Below are positions 52,481-64,000 of a stretch of DNA of 64,000 bases, one piece after another; position 1 is the stretch's first letter; each line of letters starts with the position of its first letter. The DNA lies in assembly GCF_009914755.1 (NCBI RefSeq), contig NC_060936.1; one strand, given 5' to 3'. The position numbers and the translations under genes are program-made. The stretch is from the human T2T-CHM13v2.0 reference genome, Homo sapiens. The notes below the pieces were generated by a model. The model was not told where the DNA came from and did not search any database. It was given only the letters and a program-made list of their open reading frames with translations.

Positions 52481-53233
52481 GTGCCACTTTCGTGCATTTG
52501 GGGACTTCACGCAGGACCCCTGACCCTTTTATATGCCTCTTTGTGTCTTCTTTTCCTCCTACCCCTCACGTGCCAGAAATGGAAAAACTGACTGTATCTG
52601 CAGCCACTAGAAGTATTTCCTTCCTCTGCGATCTTCGCTTTGGGAGATGGAAAGGAAGGGAGCCGCATCTCGTTATTTAATCCTTCACTGCAACCTTAAC
52701 AGTCAGGTCACTTTACTGGTACCCGTTTTATGGATGAGGAAACCGAGGCCCAGAAGCAACATGCTAGTAAATGACAAGATTTGAAACTTAGGAGGATTAG
52801 TGAGTTAATGAGATCCTTTGAAAGGTCAGGGTAATACTACTACTAATAGCTAACATTTGCTTAGTTCTGACCACAGCCCTATCAGATGGCTACTATTATC
52901 CCCATTGTAAAGATGAGTAAACCGAGTTTCAGAGGTTAAGTAAATTGCCTAACCTCACAGCTAGTAGGTGGTGGAGACAGAATCCCTACTTTTAATCACT
53001 ATGTTGCTTCTATTATTTTGTAACTATTGCTAACCATTTGTAAGCCTTAATTTTGTTGTCAAACAGTAGTGTGACCTGTTGTTTTCAGATAGTGATCCTG
53101 CTATTTTGTATAGTCACTCTATATACCACTCACACTTAAGACCCATTGTCTATTCTTTTCCATGATTGTTCAATTATGGTCACTGTCTCAGACATTTAAA
53201 AAACGATTCAAGCTATTGAGGCTATTTGAATGA

Positions 53234-53556
<323 letters not shown>

Positions 53557-54695
53557 TCAAAATATTAGGAATGTCTCCTCCAAACACACCTGGCATGTTA
53601 TTCATACATGGATCTGGAATTTAAAAAGGGGAGAAAAAGAAAACTGAGAACTCGTAGGAAGTGAGTGACTTGGACAGGTCGGTTGGCAAGTGCTTACAGA
53701 TCTGGGTAATATATAACTGCATTTCAACAGAACAGTGTATAGCCTCAAATGTTCTAATTCTTTAGGGAGCTTTTAAATAAACAGTTGTCTATTCTTTAAT
53801 CTGTCAAATAGTCATTGAGCCTTTTGTTCCTGGTGTCTGCTCTTCCAGACAAGTAAGGATCTGCTGCTTTAGGAGACATCAGACGGGGCTGGGGGTTGGG
53901 AAAAGGTCTGGGTAGTAATAGACCCTACATTGTCCAGTTTGTTCATTTAGAAGCATAGAAGTGTGGGCATAGTCAAAGTAGCAAGTGGTAAAGATGACAG
54001 TTTGAAATGGAGTAATTCCTTCTCCCCTCCAGCCCTGGTATTATGCACCACCCAAAAAGCCGGGTTATGAACATAATACACATAATTTTGAATGATTCAT
54101 TATTTTTTGGATTATAAGCCTGTTTTATTTGTTAACCAGCCTTAATGAGGTATAAATGACATGCAATTAATTGCATATATTTAAATGTACAATTTGATCA
54201 GTTTTGACATACATATACACTTGGGAAACCACCACCATAGTCAAGATAATGAACACATCTATCACCCCTGGTAATTTTGCCTTATGTTCTTTATAATCCT
54301 TCCTTTGTTCTTAGGCAGCCACTATTCTGCTTTCTGTCACTATGTATTAGTTTGCATTTCCTAGAATTTTATTTTTAAAAATTTTAAAATTGTTTGAATA
54401 GAGATGGGGTCTCACTGTGTTGCCCAGGGCAGTCTCAAACTCCTGGGTTCAAGTGATCCTCTCACCTTGGCCTCCTGAAGTGTTGGGATTATAGGCATGA
54501 GACACCCTGCCCAGCCCTAGAATTTTATTATTATTGTTATTATTGTGTTTTTTTGAGATAGGGTCTCACTTTGTTGCCCAGGCTGGAGTGCAGTGGTGCA
54601 ATCACTGCAGCCTTGTTTTCCTAGGCTCAATCCATCCCCCCTCCTCAGCTTTCCGGTTACTGGGGCTACAGGTGTGCACCACCACACCCGGCTAA

Positions 54696-54872
<177 letters not shown>

Positions 54873-56247
54873 TAATGAGCCAGGCAGGATAAAGCAGTAA
54901 GATAGGAAAATATTGCTATTTTCATGGCTGAGAGAGAGCAGACAAACACATGACTAAATAGGGCAATTTCAGGTAGTAATAAATTCTAGGAGGGAAAAAA
55001 TCCCACAGAAATGTGAGGATGGGAGAATGCAGTTAGTTTTGATAGGTGGTTTAGAGAAGGTGATCGTGTGAGCTGACACCTGAATGACAATTAGTAGTCT
55101 GAATTTTGTTTTGCTTAATTATCAAAATAACTCCTCTTGGGTTCGGCTTTTATATGCATCCAGTAATTAAAATGTAAGTATATTCAATGTACTGATATCT
55201 CTCAGCATCATAGGTAGGAAAACTAAGGCATTCAGCAATTAAGTGACTCCTCCCTTGATCATGTAGCAGTGATAGTACTGGATTTAGATTTTGAGGTTGC
55301 TTCTCTGCCCTTTTCTGCCTTTGTGAAACCAACAAAGCTGCCTGTATTTTCCAACTCTTCCTTCAGCATGTGGTACCTCCTTTACATCTGTTTTTGTTGC
55401 TCTGAAATCCATACGCGACGATGAGCTGAGAGGGGCAGAAAATTGAGCTTGTTCTGAGACTGGAGGCTTTTGGTTTATCTCTTGCAGGTCAAGTACATTT
55501 TGTCCTGGGCTCTCCCTGGTGGCCACGTTTGTTTATCTCCTGCGGGAGTAAATAAACTTGCCTTGCTGAAAAATAACAGTTCTGTGTCTTTGCAGTGGAA
55601 ACTGGGATGTCTTTATTAACGTTAGGTCCTGATGTAAGGCCAAGTTTTTGGTTAGAGTTGCTCAAGTGCAGAGGCCACTGCTAAGATGACTTACCCCTCG
55701 TGTCCATGGTCAATGTGGAGACTGTTATGAGTGGCACATGATGCTGGAAAAGCAGAGCCAACTCATGTTTGTAATTGTCCTAGCAGGCCGTGGTGTACTT
55801 TGTTAGGCAGCCACAGAACAATAGAGAAACTCAGCTTATTCCCCTTCCCTCTGGGAAACACAGACAGTACTTGCCATCCAACGCCAATGTTTTTAAGGAA
55901 GAAAGAGGCAAAAAGTGATGTTGGCAAGGTCTCTGGGAGTTGTGGACCCCAACCAAGGATTGGAGACCCTGAAATGGATTCAGATGCCCTAAAATGCAGC
56001 CCAGTTCATTACTATGAATTTTGGAGGACTTTGTGCCTTGAGCAAATGTGTATATGTGACGCTCTTTGACAACACTGAAATAGGAAAAATACTATCCATG
56101 TTCGCGAGGAGCACTGAATTTAGAGAGGGAGACAGACTTTTATGCCAGCATCAAATGAATTTGATAAAGCTAGTACCAAAATGAAATTTGAAATTTTTTT
56201 TTTTTGAAATAGAGTCTTACTCAGTCACCCAGGCTGGAGTGCAGTGA

Positions 56248-56710
<463 letters not shown>

Positions 56711-57769
56711 TAATCTTGGCTCACTGCAGCCTCGACCTCCTGGGCTCAAGTGATCCTCCCATCTCAGCCTCCTGAGTAGCTGGGACTGACTACAGGCACG
56801 TGGCATCAAACTTGTCCAATTTTTCTATTTTTTTGTAGAGTTAGGGTCTTGCTCTGTTGCCCAGGCTGGTCTCAAATTCCTGGGCTCAAGCTGTCTGCCT
56901 GCCTCGGCCTTCCAAAGTACTAGGATTACAGATGTGAACCACTGTACCTGGCCTTTACAATGTCTATTTTAAAGATAATGGTTCAAGTTTTTATCATCCC
57001 ACTGGCCTACTCTAATGAAACATCTATCCATTCATTGAAGAATTATTTATGGTGGGATAACTCTGTGCCAGGTACCGTGCTAGGCATTGAGTATTCCAGG
57101 TTTTAGGAAACAGCACATGCAAAAGTGCTGAAGTGGGAGAAGATCTCGGAGTGATTGAAGGCTAGGAGAGAGCAAGTGTGGGAGCTGTGAGGCTGGGAAG
57201 GTGGGAGGTAGGTGGGAGCAGACCACATAGGGATTCTTAATGTCTTTAGTGTCATGTGGACCATGGAGAGGAGTGTAGATTGTATTTTTAGAGCAATGCA
57301 AAATCATAGAAGGATGTGATCGGGGGAGTGGCATGAGCTGATCTATTTAAAAATATTTCTCTGGCTGCTGTGAAGGAAGGATTGTAGGAGGCAGGAGTAG
57401 ATTCAGGGAGATGAGACAAGTGATGAGAGAGGCTTTGAACTTGGGTAAAAGTAGTTTGTGGAAAGTCTTTTTTGGAGGTAGTTTTTGTTTATTGCCTTGT
57501 CATCAAAGCAGAGATGCTGACCAATGAAACTCCATGAGAAAATAGTGATTTATAAAGACATATCTATGCACTGCCATTAAAAAGCTGCTTGGAAAAAAAG
57601 GATAAAAAGCTGCTTTAACAACTTTTTTTTTTGAGATGGGGTCTTACTCTGTCACCCAGGCTCACGACCTCAGCTCACTGCAACCTCTGCCTCCCAGGCT
57701 CAAGCATTCTCCCACCTCAGCCTCCCGAGTGGCTGGGACTGCAGGCACACGCCACCATGTCAGGCTAAT

Positions 57770-57788
57770 TGTGTGTGTGTGTGTGTGT

Positions 57789-57824
<36 letters not shown>

Positions 57825-57856
57825 GGACTGCAGGCACACACCACCATGTCAGGCTA

Positions 57857-57912
<56 letters not shown>
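57770..57912. repeat. Two (TG)~25 microsatellites inside a duplicated Alu segment
   Basis: TG tracts at 57770-57821 and 57859-57909. Confidence 0.95.
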
Positions 57913-57913
<1 letters not shown>

Positions 57914-58453
57914 AGAGATGGGGTTTTGCCATGTTGCCCAGGCTGGTCTCAAAATGTTGCCCAGGCTGGTCTCAAACTCCTGAGCTCAGGTGATCCACCC
58001 GCCTCGGCCTCCAAAGTGCTGGAGATTACAGACGTGAGCCACTGTGCCCACCTAACAACTTTAAAAAAATTTTGACATTTAGTAGGATATTTATTGCATT
58101 ATTGTTGAGATGGCAAAATATTGGAGACAACTGAAATGTTCATCAGTGGGGGGGGCTAGTTAAATGAAATACAGTGTAGCATGCATTAGAACACTTTTCA
58201 AGAATTTAACTTTTTTTGTAGCCTTTTACTTATAATGCTTGTCCCTATTGATGCCTTTTTTTTCAGCATGACTTACTCTTTTACTATAGGATATTAAAAT
58301 TTAATTAGATTAGAAATGAGGAATATTCTTGTAATCTGTAGAAAGTAACAAACTATAAACTTATTCCCCAAGAACAAATATAATAATTTTTCTGGAGTAG
58401 CAGGTAAGAAAGATATAAATTTATATGTATACAAGAAACTGAAATTAGACTTT

Positions 58454-58595
58454 ATACATTTAAAGGTTACAAGTGCAGTTTTATTACATGAATGTATTAT
58501 CCAGCATTGAAGTCTGGGCTTTTAGTGTAACCAGCACCTGAATAACATACATTGTACCCATTAAGTAATTTCTCATCCCTCAAACCCCTCCCACC
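58454..58595 (-). mobile_element. Short L1 3'-end fragment (L1PB/L1MA-like) with 15-bp TSD
   Basis: ACATTGTACCCATTAAGTAATTTCTCATCCCTC; flanked by CTGAAATTAGACTTT at 58439-58453 and 58596-58610. Confidence 0.7.
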
Positions 58596-59925
58596 CTGAA
58601 ATTAGACTTTGGATCCCTAGTTTAAATTCCACCCCTCTCTTTTTTTGAGACAAGGTCTCACTCTGTCACCCAGGCTGGAGGGCAATGTTGCAATGATAGC
58701 TTACTGTAGCCTCAACCTCCTGGGCTCAAGGGATACACCCTCCTCAGCCTCCTGAGTAGCTGGAACTGCAGGCGTGCACCACCACATTCAGCTAATTTTT
58801 TGATTTTTTTATAGAGATGAGGTCGGAACTCCTGGGCTCAAGCGATTCTCCCCAAGTGCTGGGGTTACACACATGGGCCACTGCCCCCAGCCTAAACCTC
58901 CTTTCTCAGTATAGCAGCCTTGAGATGAAGTTCCTGAAATTACTGGCCAGCTTGACTGTTTCCCCACATCACTGGAGGAGGGGGATGCATAGATAAAACA
59001 AAATATTCAGCATCATTGTATTTTCTTTTTGTTTCATCAGCATCTTTTTTTAAAACTCACTTGACATAAGTCCCTAGCCTCAAAGAGTAAAGCCTTTGCA
59101 GAATCTGCATTCAGATTTCGGGTGTGATTTCCTGACAGATAGTTCAGGTTTGTAAACTCTTTTTTTTTTCTTTGAGACAGAGTTTCACTCTTGTAGCGCA
59201 GGCTGGAGTGCAGTGGCACCATCTTGCCTCACTGCAACTTCTGCCCCCTTGATTCACGCGATTCTCCTGCCTCAGCCTCCTGAGTAGCTGGGATTACAGG
59301 CATGCGCCACCACACCTGGGTAATTTTTGTATTTTTAGTAGAGATGGGGTTTCACCATGTTGGCCAGGCTGGTTTTGAACTCCTGACTTCAGGTGATCTA
59401 CCTGCCTCAGCCTCCCAAAGTGATGGGATTACAGGTGTGAGCCACCGCAGCCGGCCAAAACTTTGTTTTTTTTCCTCTTTTTGTTGCTGAGAAATGTAAA
59501 CTCTTACAGACACAAATTATGTCTCCCATTTTTTAAAACCCACTCAACACAGGGGTCATGTGTAATAGGCCCTGGAGCTTATTTTAGACATTGATTTGAG
59601 GCTCTTTTCCCCAAGTGCTGGTTTGTGTGTGTGTGTATGTGTGTGTAAGTCTTTCTATGAGATGAGTGGTACCTACCTGGGCTGTGTGATCTTTTTTATT
59701 TTATTTATTTTATTTTTGTAGATACGAGGTCTCACTATGTTGCTCAGGCTGGTCTTGAACTCTGGGGCTCAACCTATCCTCCCTCCTTGGCCTCCTAGAG
59801 TGCTGAGATTACAGGTGTGAGCCACTGCACCTGGCCAGCGATCCTTAATAAATATAGATAATGGCCGGGCGTGGTGGCTCACACCTATAATACCAGTACT
59901 TTGAGGGGCCGAGGCTGGCAGGTCA

Positions 59926-60180
<255 letters not shown>

Positions 60181-60258
60181 TCACACCTGTAATCCCAGCA
60201 CTTTGGGAGGCCGAGGCGGGTGGATCAGGAGGTCAGGAGATCGAGACCATCCTAGCTA

Positions 60259-60474
<216 letters not shown>

Positions 60475-61678
60475 CTATATCTATATAGATATAGATATAG
60501 ATAATGCCAGATGATGGCTGGTTAGAAGGGATTGTCAGGGGCTGGCAGGTTTTGCAGGTGTTAGAATGAGCAAGATGAGGAGAAGGATGCTTACTTCCCT
60601 CTCCTTGTAACTCTCTACCCCCTCCCCTCAGTGTTTTTTTATTTTTATTTTTATTTATTTATTTTTTTTGAGACAAGGTCTTGCTCTGTCACCCACACTG
60701 GATTGCAGTGATGCAATCATAGCTCATTGAAGCCCAAACTCCTGGGCTCAAGTGATCCTCTTGCCTCAGCCTCCCAAGTAACTGGGACCACAGGTGCGTA
60801 CAACTATGCCCAGTTAAGTTTTTCATTTTTTATACAGACGGGGTCTTGCTATGCTGTCCAGGCTGGACTTGCACTTCTGGCTTCAAGTGATTCTCTTGCC
60901 TCAGTTTCCCAAAGTGCTGGCATTATGGGCATAAGCCACTGTGCCTAGCCCATCAGTGTCTTTTTATCCTTTACTCCTATCAAAATTCATTCACTCAGCA
61001 GCCATTGATCAAGTGCCTACTATATACATGTTGAGGACTGGAAATTTATTTGTCTCTTCTCATCTTATCTGGACCCTCTGTGTTAATTGTAATTAACTGT
61101 AATCATTCTGTATTAATTGTAATAAACTTGTTGATAAACTCAAATGAGGCCATACCGTTTTGCCACTTCCCCTCCTTCCAGGTTATATGGATGTACTTAC
61201 ATTGCAGGTTTCATTTGTTGGTTCAGTTTTTAAACTAAGCCCTATTGTGTCAAATTATGCTAGGTGTGAGATGGGGAGTTCAAGCTGTGTGTTGTCTTTT
61301 TTTTTTTTTTTTTTTTTGCCTCACTTACTAATATACAAGCGCTTATAACCTTTGAGGCTGGCCCTATACATTAAGATTTTTATTAATTCCACTGTTCTTT
61401 ATCTTCTCTTACTAAGTTCTCAGGGTCGAATGAACTCTAACTGCTCCTTGCTAGTGATAAGCAAGTTGCAAATTACAGAATTGTCAGTGATTGAATACAC
61501 GTATTAAACCTGTAACTGGGAAGCATTTTTGGTAATTATGAATACTTTTGGAAAAAAAAAAGCTATGGAAGGAAAGTTTAAAATCTACGAAAGCTCAAGT
61601 AGATGGTCATGGAATAGCTATTTCAATTTCTAACTATATATTACTTATTTATTTATTTATTTTTGAGACGGAGTTTAG

Positions 61679-61965
<287 letters not shown>

Positions 61966-62906
61966 TAATGTAGAGACAGCTCCAGAGCCATGAAGAAGTG
62001 TATGAAGAAGCAGTGTTAGCTTAAATGACATACATGTCACAATTGCCTATGTGAAACTATCATAATTATGCATGAGAAGTATCTATCCTGCATAACCTCC
62101 ACCAATAATAATAATGTTAATAATAGTGAAAACTAATGTTTATTAAGTCCTTACTGTCTCCAGCCTCTGTGCTAAATACTGGTTACTAAGTTTCCCTGAA
62201 AATACTATTCTCATCTGTTTGTTCTTAATAACAGGATAGCATAATTGTAAGTTGTAAATGAAATAATACAGTTTATGTAATAAAAGGGTAAAAGAGAAGA
62301 CCACCTACCTTATCTTCTGTTGCTGATCTGGATGGATGTAGGTGGTGTTTACCTAGTTTCACCTTTGGCAGTTGAAACTACTTTTTTTTTTTTTTTTTTT
62401 TTTTTTAAGAGACAGGGTGGGCCAGGCGCAGTGGCTCACGCCTGTAATCCCAGCACTTTGGGAGGCTGAGGCGGGCAGATCACTTGAGGTCAGAAGTTCG
62501 AGACCAGCCTGGCCAACATGGTGAAACCCTGTCTCTACTAAAAATACAGAAAAATTAACTGGGTGTGGTGGTACACACCTGTAATTCCAGCTACGTGGGA
62601 GGCTGAAGCAGGAGAATCGCTTGAACCCGGGAGTGGAGGTTGCAGTGAGCTGAGATTGTGCCACTGCACTCCAGCCTGGGTGACAGAGCAGGACTCCGTC
62701 TCAAAAAAAAAAACAACAACAAAAAAAGAAATTTTTAGAAATATGAGATGACAGCAAGAATGAGGGTATTAAAAAGAAATTTTTAGAACTAAATAGCAGA
62801 ATGTAATGGTGAAAAGTTTGATTTCTCAAGTCTGCTTTGCACACAGGCATGTGGCAAACATTCAGTAAGTATAGCTGTAATTTTAACCAGCTGTAATGTA
62901 TAATAG

Positions 62907-63182
<276 letters not shown>

Positions 63183-64000
63183 TGAGCCACAGCGCCTGGC
63201 CATATATTGCTTTTTTCTTATTATCAGAGCCAGTTCATAATTGTGGAAAAATAGTGTTTGTAACAATGTAAGTATGGATAAATCATCTTTTTAATTTTGT
63301 GATTCATATAGGTTTGTTGTTGTTGTTGTTGTTTTGTTTTTATCTTGAGACAGAGTCTTGGTCTGTCACCCAGGCTGGAGTGTAATGGCACAACCATGGC
63401 TCACTGCAGCCTCAGATGCCTGGGTTCAAGCAATCCTCCCGTCTCAGCCTCTAGAGTAGATGGGACCACAGGTGTGGGCCACCATGCCTGGGTAATTACA
63501 AAACTTTTTTTTTTTTTTCTAGAGATGAGGTCTCACTATGTTGCCCAGGCTGGTCTCAAACCTTTGACCTCGCTTCAGCCTTTAGAGTAGCTATGACTAT
63601 AGGCATGTGCCATCACCCAGCTAATTAAAATTTTTTTTCTTTTTTTTTTTGGTGGAGATGCGGTCTTACTTTGTTACCCAGACTGCAAGTTAGTTTCAGA
63701 TATCAACATTTGGTGTTTCCAAATGCACGGGGAGGCTTTGGAGCAAGTTTTTGGCTCATATGCATAGGTGTCCTAGACATTCACTTTGCAAATTCTTATT
63801 AAAATGACTACAGTAGCATACAGATAGGGAAAAATATCCTTGTCAGTACCACCGATTGGGTGAGAAGAGACTGTATATTAAAAACAATGACCATCTTTTT
63901 GCCACATAAATTGCTGGTGGGGCCAGTTTGAAGAGGGCTTTGTCAGCTGCCTTCTGCCTCTTCCTCTTGAGTACGTGGAGTTGGAGTCATCCTTGACAGC

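Noticed and set aside
55507-55525. CTCF-like motif TGGCCACCAGGGAGAGCCC on the minus strand
   Set aside because: Mismatches fall at two highly conserved core positions; not supportable without ChIP data.

Overview
Human genomic DNA, recognised as the HECTD4-RPL6-PTPN11 locus on chr12q24. Three genes are supported by reading frames and splice sites: (1) HECTD4 first coding exon on the minus strand (14850-15026, MGSS-A11-DSAQWLSV...DTDLE), with 1-14849 as its intron 1; (2) complete RPL6 on the minus strand (non-coding TOP exon 1 plus six coding exons, 288 aa, ATTAAA polyA signal); (3) PTPN11 exon 1 on the plus strand (14 coding nt, 52014-52027), followed by intron 1 to the window end. Each 5' end lies in a CpG island. 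The rest is very Alu-dense, with two L1PA elements, MaLR LTRs, a Charlie1 fragment, and old L1M/MIR/L2 pieces. Almost all ORFs in the supplied track are repeat-derived or GC-rich noise. I see no new multi-gene system. The most interesting local signals are: a ~65-nt copy of the RPL6 exon 2/intron 2 junction pasted into an Alu upstream of RPL6, forming a candidate exon; a HECTD4 5' leader with a pure (CGG)11 tract, three uORFs and open poly-Ala/poly-Gly frames; an L1 whose RT region is replaced by a truncated Alu; an AluYa5 with a perfect TSD; and a candidate second TCT promoter in RPL6 intron 1.
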